From positions 59,102,789 through 59,166,788 of the forward strand of contig NC_068982.1 in the NCBI RefSeq assembly GCF_001194135.2: a stretch of 64,000 nucleotides of DNA. The letters run 5' to 3'. Shown piece by piece: positions 39,708 to 53,074 of this stretch. A program made the translations under genes and the position numbers. Source of the stretch: Octopus bimaculoides. Lineage: Eukaryota. Each line of letters begins with the position of its first letter. Position 1 is the stretch's first letter. Under the pieces are notes generated by a model. It did no database searches. It was given only the letters and a program-made list of their open reading frames with translations, and was not told where the DNA came from.

Positions 39708-40099
39708 GTACATATATTGGCTTGAGCATGGATGTGGTTGAGAAGGTTGCTTCTCAATCACGTGGTCTCAGGTTCAGTTCCCCTGCACAGTACCTTATGT
39801 TATCACTTAGGTGGTAATCAATGTTTATAACTATGGAGGAAACATGTTTAGCTGTTGTTTTAGTAGTTCATTATATGCAATAGCACAGACATGTATAATT
39901 TACACCAAAACAAGTAAGGTATGTCCACAAGAAGGCTATGCAGCTATAGACCACTGACCGAAAAAAGTTTTGTCCAACCCATGCAAGCAAAGAAAAAAAC
40001 TAGCATAAAAATGATGGTGATGATGACATTGATGATAGATAAATAGATACACATATATACATACATGCAAACATACATACATATATATACATATATATA

Positions 40100-40345
40100 T
40101 GTATAAATAATACAAAATGGGACAAGGACGTAAAACATTCAGACAGTTAGGTGATACACGAAAGGGACAAAACATACAGATAGACGATATAAAGAAAACA
40201 TGGACAGGTCATTCGGAGTTTTCTCTCTTCAGTCGAGATCCAGATTATCCTTGCAATTTCGGCTGGTTATTCTCAATATTGCTCCAATCTGGCCAGCCCC
40301 AAGGAAAAAACTAAGCTAAGAGTGGAAAAATTGACAGATAGGCAT
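40100..40345 (-). mobile_element. Probable PLE pLTR-like fragment with a non-canonical hammerhead-like core
   Basis: Minus 40232-40203 reads CUGAAGA-GAG aaaa CUC-c-GAAU-GACCU-GUC. Confidence 0.35.
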
Positions 40346-40448
40346 CAATTTATTAACACAACTCCAGTTTTGAATAACATTAATTTCTTATAACCTACGA
40401 TTTGTATATTTATAAAATGAATACCCAGCATATATACTCAGATCAGCT

Positions 40449-40833
40449 GTTGTTGTTGGCACTCCGTCGCTTACAACATCGAGGGTTCCAGTTGATCCGA
40501 TCAACGGAACAGCCTGCTTGCGAAATTAACGTGCAAGTGGCTAAGCACTCCACAGACACGTGTACCCTTAACGTACTTCTCTGGGATATTCAGCATGACA
40601 CAGTGTGACAAGGCTGGCCCTTTGAATTACAGGCACAACAGAAACAGGAAGTAAGAGTGAGAGAAAGTTGTGGTGAGAGAGTACAGCAGGGTTCGCCACC
40701 ATCCCCTGCTGGAGCCTCGTGGAGCTTTAGGTGTTTTCACTCAATAAACACTCACAACGCCCGGTCTGGGAATCGAAACCGCGATCCTATGACCGCGAGT
40801 CCGCTGCCCTAACCACTGGGCCATTGTGCCTCC
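40449..40833 (-). mobile_element. Full-length tRNA-derived SINE family D with a 13-bp TSD
   Basis: ACTCAGATCAGCT at 40436-48 and 40834-46; head GGAGGCACAATGGCCCAGTGGTTAGGG; (CAA)n tail. Confidence 0.9.
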
Positions 40834-40903
40834 ACTCAGATCAGCTATTCAGCCTTTGATGAGAAATTTTTGAATCTTGACCTCCTTTACTCACAATCTA
40901 CTG

Positions 40904-41231
40904 TAGCGGTTCTCGATCAGGTTCCACATAAGATTTTTGGGGTCAATGCAACAAAATAGTAAATTAGGGATCCACAATAATATTTTAAGGGCTCCTGAAA
41001 AACTTTTGCTTTAGATGTATGTATTGGGATGTATTACAAGAAACAGCTAGGTTTCTTTCTCTTATGTTTTACATAGTTCAACCTACATAAATTCATGCGT
41101 GAAAAACAAAATATGAATTTTGAAAGAAGTTTCTATAAAACTAGTTTTAAGCATCAAATAGATATGGGGGTCTCCCAGAATAAAATAGTATTTAAAGGGG
41201 TCGATAGATAAAAGATGTTTGAGAAACCCTG
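40904..41231. mobile_element. hAT-type MITE
   Basis: Perfect 8-bp TSD ATCTACTG (40896-903, 41232-39); termini tagcggttctc / gagaaaccctg; same family as 55642-56266. Confidence 0.85.
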
Positions 41232-42104
41232 ATCTACTGTCATTAGGATTACCTTGATTCCATATATTATTTCTAACCAAAATTCCCATCTGGCCTCTTA
41301 GTCACCACCCATAGAAGATGGAATTGCAGTGAGCAGAAGGTATTATTCTTTTGCCCCAACTCTCCTCAGGCCTCATCGTCCTTCTTAAAACAAGAACCGG
41401 TAAGCGATATATTGGATCAAGTTATCAAATTTACACTTCTGATGAGAATATATAACAGAAAGTGTGTGTCTAAATCTTCAGGCTGTGGCCTATCCCCTGT
41501 CTTTTCTTTCGTTTTTTTCTTTTTTTTTTTTTTGGCAGGGGATANNNNNNNNNNNNNNNNNNNNNNNNNNNNNNNNNNNNNNNNNNNNNNNNNNNNNNNN
41601 NNNNNNNNNNNNNNNNNNNNNNNNNNNNNNNNNNNNNNNNNNNNNNNNNNNNNNNNNNNNNNNNNNNNNNNNNNNNNNNNNNNNNNNNNNNNNNNNNNNN
41701 NNNNNGTTTATCTCAAAAACAACAGAAACTATTGAAGTGTTGTATTCAGTTTCCCAAGAGTTAAGAACCTGGTGAGGTAGATTTTTTCCCTTTGACTTTC
41801 TCAAATTTCTTTCTTTTTGAGATAAACTAGAAATAAATCCATCAAGACATTCGTTTGGAGAAAGACTAAGAAGGCCACTGCAAAGCATCAAGACTTTAGG
41901 CTGTCTACCTTAACAGCTTGGGTGCCACGAGCTAGGTAAGAGATAAAGTTGGGCTATTTGACATCAGTCATGTGATCTCAACAGTGTTGATCTTGTTTTT
42001 GTTGTTGTTGTTGTTGTTGTTGTTACTGATCTTCTTTTTTTCTTTTTTTCTTTTTCTTGATTTCCTCAGCTCACTTTCATCTTCCTTTTATTCCCTTTCT
42101 TTTT

Positions 42105-42127
42105 TTAACTCTGCCTTATCACCGTCC

Positions 42128-42162
<35 letters not shown>

Positions 42163-42400
42163 GTCACCACCACCACCACCATCATCATCATCGTTGTCAT
42201 CTTCATCATGGTTTTTATTATCATAGCCATCTTTTCCACTACCACCACCACCACCACTACCATCATCATCATCATCATCATCACTGCTAACATTACCAAA
42301 CTAACATCATCATCACCATTGTCATCAATAGCACCAATATCAAAATTACTCCCACATCATCATCATCATCATCACCATTTTGATCTCACCATGTTTGTTA
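42105..42400. repeat. (CAT)n/(CAC)n trinucleotide field
   Basis: Direct reading. Confidence 0.9.
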
Positions 42401-42660
42401 CTTAGAAGTTTAATAATCTCAATACTGACAAAATTCTCTTTGTCAGTGTGCATATTTGGCCAATGAAAATGCCTCAGTGTGGCTTGAACTTGAATGGATC
42501 GATTTAACCAAACTAAAGCTACCAAGATGGCAAATGACCAGAATCACCAACACATGAGACTAACTATTGCAGATCCATTATTTACCTCCCTTAAATACAA
42601 CAAAAGTCTTGATTAATTAAAGTTATAATATGTATCACATAAGACAGTGAGCTAGCAGGA

Positions 42661-43132
<472 letters not shown>

Positions 43133-43194
43133 AGACAAAATGCTTAGCGTGATTTTCAATAGTGGTATTTCTGAATGGTATTGCAATATCTCAT

Positions 43195-43641
43195 TGTGGA
43201 GGGAACCCGTGGAAGGGGTAGACCCAGGAAGATGTGGGACCAAGTGGTGAGAAAGGATCCTCAGACATTGGGCCTCAATGACGAGATAACAAAGGACCAG
43301 GACTTGTGGTGATTTGCTGTACTTGAGAAGACATGCCAAGCTAAGTAAAATTGTGGCCATCCATACATACAGGCTTGTCCTTTATGGCCATGCCTCCACT
43401 CACTCTCCCAGTCAAGAGGTCACTGTCTTGCAGGTGCCAGTGCCACTTAAAAAAGCACTTGTGCTGGTGCCACATATAAAAGCACTCATTCTGGTGCCAC
43501 ATAGGAAGCACCCAGTACACTCTGTAGAGTGGCTGGAATTAGGAAGGGCATCCAGCCATAGAAACCATGTCAGAACAGACAACTAGCCAGCTCCTGTTAA
43601 ACCAATCACTCCGTGCCAGCATGGAAAATGGACGTTAAACT

Positions 43642-43679
<38 letters not shown>

Positions 43680-43690
43680 GATGATGTATA
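43195..43690 (+). mobile_element. RTE LINE 3' end: ORF2 tail, 3' UTR with tandem GTGCCAC..AAAAGCAC units, (GAT)n tail
   Basis: VEGTRGRGRPRKMWDQVVRKDPQTLGLNDEITKDQDLW*FAVLEKT runs directly into the family C tail. Confidence 0.8.
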
Positions 43691-43992
43691 TCATCCGTCT
43701 TTATTCTCTGAGCTCAAATTTCACTGAGGATGACTTTGCCTTTCGTTTATTCAGGGTCAATAAAATAAATGCCAGTCAAGTACTTTGGTCGATGTAATCA
43801 ATGAGCCCCTCTCTCTTCTAAAACAGCTGCCCCTGTGTCACATTAAGCATGTAATCTCTGTAACACTTATTCCCTAAACATATTTAGTTTTGATTCTTTA
43901 TGTTATGTATTCAAATCCAACCAAAGTTAATGATTCCTTTCATCACTCCAAGGGTCAATACATTAATACCAGTAATATATTAATATTAGTGA

Positions 43993-44295
43993 AGGCACAT
44001 GGCTCAGTGGTTAGAGTGTCAGGCTCACAATCATGAGGTAGTGAGTTCGATTCCCGGACTTTATTTCACATTACTCCACTTCACTCAGCTGTAGTAATGA
44101 GTCTGGTGCAATGTCACTGGTGCCAAACTGTATCAGCCTTTGCCTTTCCCTTGAACAACATCGGTGGTGTTGAGAGGGGAGGCTGGTATTCATGAGCAAC
44201 TGCTGCTCTTCCATAAACAATGTTGCCCAGACTTGTGCCTTGGAGGGTAACTTTCTAGGTGCAATCCCATGGTCATTCATGACTGAAGAGGGCTT
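43993..44295 (+). mobile_element. SINE family E, internally deleted
   Basis: Homology to 35752-36085. Confidence 0.8.
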
Positions 44296-44402
44296 TAAAT
44301 CTATATTAATATCATTTCAAGCTTCTTCAACTTTATTGCATCCCCTTTAACTCTATTCTCTTATCAGCAATCTTTATATCTAACTTTTCATAGATAGTTC
44401 AT

Positions 44403-44535
44403 TAGAACACCAAATACTGCATTATTTACTTTGAGAAGACCTCTCATATGGATGCATGGTGCATAAAAGCACTCATATTTATGAAACCATATGAAAGGTC
44501 CTCTCAAGATAAATAATGCAGTATTTGGCATTCTA
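44403..44535. mobile_element. Fold-back MITE-like hairpin, 49-bp arms
   Basis: tagaacaccaaatactgcattatttactttgagaagacctctcatatgg versus ccatatgaaaggtcctctcaagataaataatgcagtatttggcattcta. Confidence 0.75.
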
Positions 44536-45679
44536 ACAAAACATCCACATTAAGTTGGATATAGAGATTGCCTTTTAGTATTAATACTGCTTCTGTCCCT
44601 AATTATTTTTCACTAAGCATGCTGGTCATTTATAACATCAATGTAATCAACTTACTCCTTCCCTTAAATTGTGTCAAAATTTAAATCAATATTTTCCGGT
44701 ACTTCTGAACCTTCTGAAGCTAAACAAATTTTCTTACTAACATATTTTAATTAATGAGTAGCCATGAGGAAACCTCTCTATGATTTTTCAACATGCTAGA
44801 AATAAAGGCTAAATCTTCTTCAAATTGCATTCCTTGGACGCTGGCCCTAGATATGCTAAATCTGATAAAACAAAAATAGAACAAGATGATCGTGGTTGAA
44901 TGAATTTCATCATAGGACTACTGGATCAAGGCTGACCTGGGGCTAATTTTCTACAACAACACAATCTTACACTCAAGTCAAAGTGAATGCTTCTATGCCA
45001 GCAGTTCCCCTCCTGAGGGTTCTTGAGCTGTGATCAATATTTAAAAAATTCCTCACTTTATATGTGTGTTTGAGCATGAATGCATGAGTGTATATGTGTG
45101 TGTGTGAGAGAGAGACCAACAGACAGAGAGGCAGAGACAGATAGACAAAAACAGACAGAGAAGACAGACAAAAACAGACAGACAGAGAGACAGAGCATGT
45201 TTTCTCCCAGCTGCTTTGTATAAAGTCAAAATACAGAAGCAGAGCAAATATGGAACCTGATCTACAATTTAAAGTATCAGTTATTGAACCAGAAATTTAA
45301 AGCATAGCACCAACAAGACAGTATCAATTATCTCATTAAAGGAATGATATTTTTTTAATACTGCTATTTATTTATTTATATATTTAATGACAGGCATCAC
45401 TGTTAGGACGCTTGCTCTGCAGCTACATGGTTTGTGGTTTAGTTTCTTGGCATGGTACCTTAGGCCTTTAGTTTTGATTTTTTATGCTATGTATTCAAAT
45501 CCAACCAAAGTTAATAATTCCTTTCATCACTCCAAGGGTCAATCCATTAATACCAGTAATATATCAGTATTAGTGAAGGCACATGGCTCAGTGGTTAGAG
45601 TGTCAGGCTCACAATCATGAGGTAGTGAGTTCGATTCCCAGACTGGGCTGAGTCAAGAGGATGGCTGCTGGAAGACCCC

Positions 45680-46330
45680 CAAGCCAACCAAAGCCTTGTG
45701 AGTGAATGTGGTTGCTAAAAACTGTATGGAAGCCTGTCATATGTGTGTGAGAGTGAATACATGTATGTATGCATGTACAATATGTGTGTTAGTGTTTGTC
45801 CCCCCAACACTGCTTGACACACAGTGTTGGTTTGTTTACATCCCTGTAACTTGGCAATTTAGGTAAAGAACGAATAGAATAAGTATTGTCATTGAAAATA
45901 TAAAAACAATAAGTATTGAGGTTGATTTGTTTAACTAAATCCTTCAAGAGGGTGCTCCAGCATGGCCACAACCTAACAACTGAAACAAGTAAGACTTAAA
46001 AGATTCAAGATTCTTTTCTTTGAGAGATGAAACTGAGAAAACAAGTTTGTTGTTAATAAATAAAATTTGCATGTTAAGTAGACAGACATGTTAAAAGCTC
46101 ATCTATCTTTTACTTGTTTCAATCATTAAACTGTGGCCATGCTGGGGCACCACTCTCTAGAATTTTAGCCATACTTATCGACCCCAACACTTATTAATTT
46201 TTTTTTCTTTTGTAAAGCCTGATATTTATTCTATCAGTTTCTTTTGCTGAACTGCTAGGTCACAGGGATGTAAACACACCAACACTGCTTGTGAAGCAGT
46301 GGTGGTGGTGGACAAACACAAACACACACA
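45680..46330. mobile_element. Two partial family A SINEs tail-to-tail (45680-45990 plus; 46110-46330 minus)
   Basis: Homology to the family A 3' half in opposite orientations about 120 bp apart. Confidence 0.7.
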
Positions 46331-46376
46331 CACAAACACACATACATGCATATATACTTATATATGTGTGTGTATG

Positions 46377-46418
<42 letters not shown>

Positions 46419-46499
46419 AATATATATATATGCATACATACATACATACACATTTTATATTTTTAATTTTGCACATGTGCATTGTCAGTCAACTACACA

Positions 46500-47240
46500 G
46501 CATAGTAGGTCAGTTGGGCACATTTGTGAGAAAAACAACACCATGACACAATTCACTCTACCAGAAATCTGAAAATAATATGCTGTACTGCTTGGCATTC
46601 ATGTTGGAAGCTCCAATATGAACATTTCAGAGTGTTTAGGTATCAATCTGAGGACAGTGCAATCTGAGGACATGTACTGAGAGTTTTGAAAATTAAATCT
46701 GCAGTCAACATCATGGTGCTTGGAGTGATCACTAGTGATGGCAACGTTATGCCTCTGTTCATCTCCCCACACAGCCTCACACTCAACACTTAGGCCTACG
46801 TCAAATGCCTGGAGGAGGTAGTGCTGTCCCTGAGTCAAGAGGGTGGCTGCTGGAAGACCTTATGTCTGGCAACAGGACGTTGTACCATGCCACACAAACA
46901 GGAGAACCCAATTGTGGCTGTCAGACAATTTCTGCGACCACATCACCCCTAACATCTGGTCACCTAACTCCCCTGATTGCAACTCTTTGTAATATCAAAA
47001 ATGAACTGAAGGCAAGGATTATGGCAGCATTCACCAGGCGAGTGTCCAGAAGAATTGGAAGAGATTTCGAAGTTCTCTGAAGGTGTGGTTGATGTGAATG
47101 GTGATTTTATTGAATAGATTTACTCTTTAGTACTTCAAGGTATTTTTAATGAAATTTTGATAAATATATCTGTTACAATGAGATGTCAGAGTTATTTTCA
47201 TTTTTGCATAATTTAGATGACAGTTTATTCACCGTACCCA

Positions 47241-47241
<1 letters not shown>
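46500..47241 (+). pseudogene. Internally deleted maT/DD37D transposon
   Basis: MTQFTLPE..LGINLRTVQ, then NIMVLGVITSDGNVMP..YVKCLEEVVL..AGRPYVWQQDVVPCHTNRRTQLWLSDNFCDHITPNIWSPNSPDCNSL. 37 residues follow the second D up to a deletion at the third-D position. Ends ...ccgtacccag-TA. Confidence 0.85.
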
Positions 47242-47277
<36 letters not shown>

Positions 47278-47289
47278 TGCAATAAGCAC

Positions 47290-47650
47290 CATTCGTGTGT
47301 GGATCATTGCCAGTGCCACCTGACTGGCTCCCTGTGCCAGTGGCATGTAAAAAGCAGCATTCAAACGTGGTCGATGCCAGTGCCCCGACTGGCTCCTGTG
47401 CCGGTAGCATGTAAAAAGCACCATCCGAATGTGGCCAATGTCAGTGCCGCCTGACTGGCTCCCATGCCAGTGGCACGTAAAAAGCACCCACTACACTCTC
47501 AGAAGGGTTGGTGTTAGGAAAGGCATCCAACTGTAGAAACATCTGCCAGATCAGATTGGAGCCCGGTGAGGCCTCCTGGCTTGCCAGTCCCCAGTCAAAC
47601 CATTCAACCCATGCCAGCATGGAAAACGGACGTTAAACAATGATGATGAT
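47290..47650 (+). mobile_element. Family C element with three ~60-bp tandem units and a (GAT)n tail
   Basis: tgccagtgcc..gactggctc..gtggca.gtaaaaagca repeated three times, then the common tail. Confidence 0.85.
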
Positions 47651-48545
47651 ATACATATATGACAGGCTTCTTTCAGTTTCCATCTACCAAATCCTCTCAC
47701 AAGGCTTTAGTCAGCCCGAGGGTTTAGTACAAAACACTTGCCTAAGGTGTCCTGCAATGGGACTGAACCTGGATTCATGTGGTTGGGAAGCAAACTTCTT
47801 ACCACACAGCCAAGGCAGCACCTAAGCCTTAAATAAAATGAAGTTCTTGGCTGTGGAAAGTTTGGAACCACAGCTTGATCTGCTAGAAATACCAGCCAAA
47901 TGTCCCTCAGATCATTCCCACCGTTATAAAAAGGTAAGAATACATCGGACAGTATAGTTCTTGATACACTAGACCTGAAACAAAAATGACAGAATGGTTG
48001 TGGCTTGAATGCTGGGTCACTCTTACATACTCTCCTCTCTCTGTCATGTTTTAAAATTTGTTTTGTTATATAAAAGCTTAGTATCAACATTCAAAATATT
48101 GACTGGAAAGCAAACTTCTAAGACATTCACCTACACCAGTGCCTACATGCAGGGCTGGATTTAGATATAGGCTAAACAAACTTCAACAAAGGACCAGGAA
48201 ATCTACAGGGACTTCGAAATAATTAGAAGGCGTATATATTTTTAATTTTTATGAGATGTTCTGAAGTAATTCTTTTAACAAGAGACCTCCAAGCTTTATA
48301 TATTCCCTAAGGCCTCATCAAGAGCTGAATCTGGCAATGTCTATAGGTATGTTAGTATTTTTTATTTTATTTTATTTTATTTGGGAGCTAAGATTTCACA
48401 AATTATAACAACTAATGTCTTGTTCATGTATGTGTATCAATGTTTGTGTGTTTGTGTATGTGTGTGTGTGTGAGAGAGAGAGACAGAGAGATAGGGATAG
48501 GGTATGAGCATGTGAGGGAGAGTATGTGTTTGTGTGTGAGTATGC

Positions 48546-48613
<68 letters not shown>

Positions 48614-48687
48614 ATATGGATGCACGCAATCATCCTAATCATTGTCTTTTCACCTTTGTTTTTTCCCTTGTCTACATAGGACACTGT

Positions 48688-49066
48688 GGAGGCACAATGG
48701 CCCAGTGGTCAGGGCAGCGGACTCGCGGTCATAGGATCACGGTTTCGATTCCCAGACCGGGTGTTGTGAGTGTTTATTGAGCAAAAACACCTAAAGCTCC
48801 ACGAGGCTCCGGCAGGGGATGGTGGCTAACCCTGCTGTACTCTTCCACCACAGCTTTCTCTCACTCTTACTTCCTGTTTCTGTTGTGCCTGTAATTGAAA
48901 GGGTCAGCCTTGTCACACTGTGTCACGCTGAATATCCCCGAGAACTACGTTAAAGGTACACGTGTCTGTGGAGTGCTCAGCCACTTGCATGTTAATTTCA
49001 CGAGCAGGCTGTTTCATTGATCAGATCAACTTGAACCCTCGACGTCGTAAGCGATGGAGTGCCAAC
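48688..49066 (+). mobile_element. Full-length SINE family D
   Basis: Near-identical to 40449-40833; flanked by acataggacact / acataggaccct. Confidence 0.9.
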
Positions 49067-49084
49067 ATAAAAAACATAGGACCC

Positions 49085-49445
49085 TAGCACTGTATCTTAC
49101 TATTTGTTGTGTTTCTTCACCATTTCCTTCGTGTGGTTCAAAACCTCCTGAAACCTACTTTCATCAATCCATTCCATATCTTCCTTCATCAACCTTTTAC
49201 CACAGGATCTCCATCTATTTAAATCCCTATGCATTTCTTTAACCAACCACCGCCCTCCATAAGCCTCACATGCTCATACCAGTTCAGTCTTCTGTCTATC
49301 ACACTAGACCTGATTTTCTTAACCTTCGCTTTTCTCTTTGCTCACATGTGCTCTGTCATTCATTTATACAAACATTACACATCCATCAGAGCATGCTTGA
49401 CTCATTTCTTTCCAGCATTCAAATATCCTCCCCATTCAACACTCA
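49085..49445 (-). mobile_element. Old RTE LINE ORF2 3' fragment
   Basis: Minus strand: KIRSSVIDRRLNWYEHVRLMEGGGWLKKCIGI*IDG..RKIWNGLMK. Confidence 0.7.
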
Positions 49446-50449
49446 TGTTCCGCTAGTGAGTGAGTAAGTGAGCACGAGAGTGAGTGATTGATTCAGAGTG
49501 AGTGAGAGAGAGAATCCTTTTGTTGCCAACAGAAGTAGTAACTCTCTGAACCTTTACCTGGACTTAGGAGAAAAGCTTCACTGAAAATAATTTAAATAGG
49601 TGTATAGCTGGAATGGTAAGAAATGGCTGGAATGCTTCTTAGCTCCCAAAATATACAAAGACTCAACAACTGTAAAGAAACGAAGAAGTATTAGTTGTAC
49701 ATGAGATGCCAGACAGAAAGAGGAAAGAAATTCTCCACATTTATAATTGGTGACAATTTTAGAGAATCATAGATAAGAGAATATACATACATACATACAT
49801 ATATATATACACACACACACATATATATGTATATATATATAGATATATATACATATATATATACATATATACATATACTTACATATATATATACATATAT
49901 ATATAGGCATATATATATTAAAGTTGTACATAAGGTATATATATATATAGAGAGAGAGAGAGTGAGAAAAAATATGTATATATATATATATTTGCTCACA
50001 CACATATATACAGACTCACATACATATATATGTGCATACGTGTGTGTTTTTATGTTTGTGTGTGGGGGTATGTTTGTGTGTGTGCGTATGAATATAAATA
50101 CATATGTATACACACACACACACACACACATATACATATTCTTGCTTATAATATATGCACTCACACACACCCACACACGTGTGTGTATATAGTACACACA
50201 CATACACACATAACAGTGCCAAAGATATTTTGGCAATAGTTTGGTTGAAGAACGTCAGAATTGGTTAATGCTTAGTGGTCCATGTGACTTGAAATGCCAA
50301 TGAAAACATTAGTAAATGAGGAAGATACAGAAACACCTGGATTGTTCCAGAGATAGACAGAGAGAGAGAATGAATGGGAAGAGGCACAAGGAGAGAGAGA
50401 GAGGGGGGAGATTATAGAGAAAGGGTGAGAAATAGGAGCAAGTTATATA

Positions 50450-50485
<36 letters not shown>

Positions 50486-50571
50486 GAGAGAGAGAAAGAG
50501 AGAGAGAGAGAGAAAGGAGGAAGTGATGGAAAGAGGAGCAAGAATGGAATGGGTGGAGGCTNNNNNNNNNN

Positions 50572-50608
<37 letters not shown>

Positions 50609-51098
50609 GAGAGAGAGAAAGAGAGAGAGAGAGAGAAAGGAGGAAGTGATGGAAAGAGGAGCAAGAATGGAATGGGTGGAGGCTGAGATGACGAAGATGG
50701 AGAAAGAAACACATAAAGATGGAAGCTGGTAAACAACTCGATGAAGGACTAATTTGAAATGTCTTCATATTTGTGCAGCTTATGATGAGTTACAGCTGGT
50801 GAAGTTGATATGTTGTTGTTGTAGTTCCTGATGTTGTTGTTGTTGATAAAATGGCAAGCGGTCAACATTTTGTATCATTTAAATGGTGCCATGCTGTGTC
50901 CCCAACTAAAACATTTATTTCTGAACAGTTTCCATGCACCAAGTTAAGTGTTATATGCCATTTTCATCTCTTTTATAAACACTGAAAGTGTTTTACAATT
51001 GAAGGTTTTATGTCAATATCTGAAATCAGGTATTTTATGATTAAAGCTTTGGTAGCTGGTGTTAATTAACCCTAATTTACTTCAGAAAAATATCCAAT

Positions 51099-51742
51099 AG
51101 GTGCAGGAGTGGCTGTGTGGTAAGTAGCTTGCTTACCAACCACATGATTCCAGGTTCAGTCCCACTGCGTGGCACCTTGGGCAAATGTCTTCTACTATAG
51201 CCTCGGGCCGACCAAAGGCTTGTGAGTGGATTTGGTAGACAGAAACTGAAAGAAGCCCGTTTAATTGTATATATATATATTCCTTTGCGCCACATGGGCT
51301 CAACTCCCCTCCNNNNNNNNNNNNNNNNNNNNNNNNNNNNNNNNNNNNNNNNNNNNNNNNNNNNNNNNNNNNNNNNNNNNNNNNNNNNNNNNNNNNNNNN
51401 NNNNNNNNNNNNNNNNNNNNNNNNNNNNNNNNNNNNNNNNNNNNNNNNNNNNNNNNNNNNNNNNNNNNNNNNNNNNNNNNNNNNNNNNNNNNNNNNNNNN
51501 NNNNNNNNNNNNNNNNNNNNNNTATGTATGTATGTGTGTTTGTGTCTGTGTTTGTCCCCACGACCATCGCTTGACAACCGATGCTGGTGTGTTTACGTCC
51601 CTGTAACTTAGCGGTTTGGCAAAAGAGACCGATAGAATAAGTACTAGGCTTCCAAAGAATAAGTCCTGGGGTCGATTTGCTCGACTAAAGGCGGTGCTCC
51701 AGCACGGCAGTAGTCAAATGACTGAAACAAGTAAAAGAGTAA
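51099..51742 (+). mobile_element. SINE family A (gap inside)
   Basis: Intact head AGGTGCAGGAGTGGCTGTGTGGTAAG and tail GAAACAAGTAAAAGAG. Confidence 0.9.
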
Positions 51743-51949
51743 AAAAAAAAAGAATAATAGATTTAGACACATGTGTTTCCTCCACTCAGTTCCTGGAAAA
51801 TCAGGAGAAATTTTTGCAGATTGTAAAAACACACAGCTAAGGAGACTCTATGTTGTCACTTAGCTGTCAGAAATGGTACCCAAATATCCCTTATATCACA
51901 CCCAATCATCTCAAAAATTATGGTATCTAAGTTTAATTTGAATAACGTA

Positions 51950-52100
51950 ATATGGCTGGATGTGATTGGGAAAGATCTCCAGAGGCTTGGCATCACCTTG
52001 GAGGATGCAGAGAGACTGGCATGGGACTGCCAGCATTGGAAAGCATTGGTGAACTTGATCAGATTTCTGCATGATGATGCCTCTGGGATCACTAACTTGG
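51950..52100 (+). mobile_element. LINE (RTE-like) extreme 3' ORF fragment
   Basis: WLDVIGKDLQRLGITLEDAERLAWDCQHWKALVNL. Confidence 0.6.
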
Positions 52101-52598
52101 GATGAACCACCCCCGACCCTGCTCCATCATGCAAGAGCATGATGCAAGCAAGTAAAATTAGATACATGATATTTTCTTCTTGCATTTATGTTCTCTGTTG
52201 TGCCACATTCTAATTCATTCTTGGATAATTTCAGAAGCATGGCAAGCTTTCTATTCTTTTTTACTATATTCATTTTTTAGAAGCAGATGTTTCTTGTCCC
52301 TCGATCAAATTTTCCTATTTATAGAGAGAAGGATATCATGTATGATGGCCTCTCATCATTCTCCTCACAGCATGATGTATTTATTTCCTATAAAAAAAGA
52401 GAAAATAATCTTCCCAGTTTTTGTTAGGTACTTCATCTATTGACCTCAGAAGGATAAAAGTCATGGTTAATCTAAATGGTTTTTGAACTCAGAGTCCAAA
52501 GTCATGAACAAGTATTGCAAGACATCCTATTTGATATGCAAATGATTATACCAACCGACTGCCTTAGATACACAATATCTGAGAAAAAAAAATATAAC

Positions 52599-52985
52599 AG
52601 GTGCCGGAGTGGCTGTGTGGTAAGTAGCTTGCTTACCAACCACATAGTTCCAGGTTCAGTCCCACTGCATGGCAGCTTGGGCAAGTGTCTTCTACTCTAG
52701 CCTCGGGCTGACCAAAGCCTTGTGAGTGGATTTGGTAGACGGAAACTGAAAGAAGCCCGTCGTATATATGTATATATATATGTGTGTGTGTGTGTGTGTT
52801 CATGTGTCTGTGTTTGTCCACCGATGCTGGTGTGTTTTTGTCCCCGTCACTTAGTGGTTCGGCAAAAGAGGCCAATAGAATAAGTACTAGGCTTACAAAG
52901 AATAAGTCCCGGGGTCGATTTGCTCGACTAAAGGCGGTGCTCCAGCATGGTCGCAGTCAAATGACTGAAACAAGTAAAAAGTGTA
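52599..52985 (+). mobile_element. SINE family A
   Basis: Full head-to-tail copy. Confidence 0.9.
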
Positions 52986-53074
52986 AAAAAGAGAAAAAAA
53001 GAGAGATGGTATGAAATGCTTTTGATTATGGATCAGCTTAAGGTTGACCTGGGGCTAAACAACAAAATCATATT

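Noticed and set aside
41438-41475. CUGAUGA-gaatatataaca-GAAA-gtgtgt-GUC
   Set aside because: Neither stem I nor stem II pairs.
50443-50682. About 110-bp direct duplication
   Set aside because: Identical copies on either side of a 10-N gap; assembly artefact likely.
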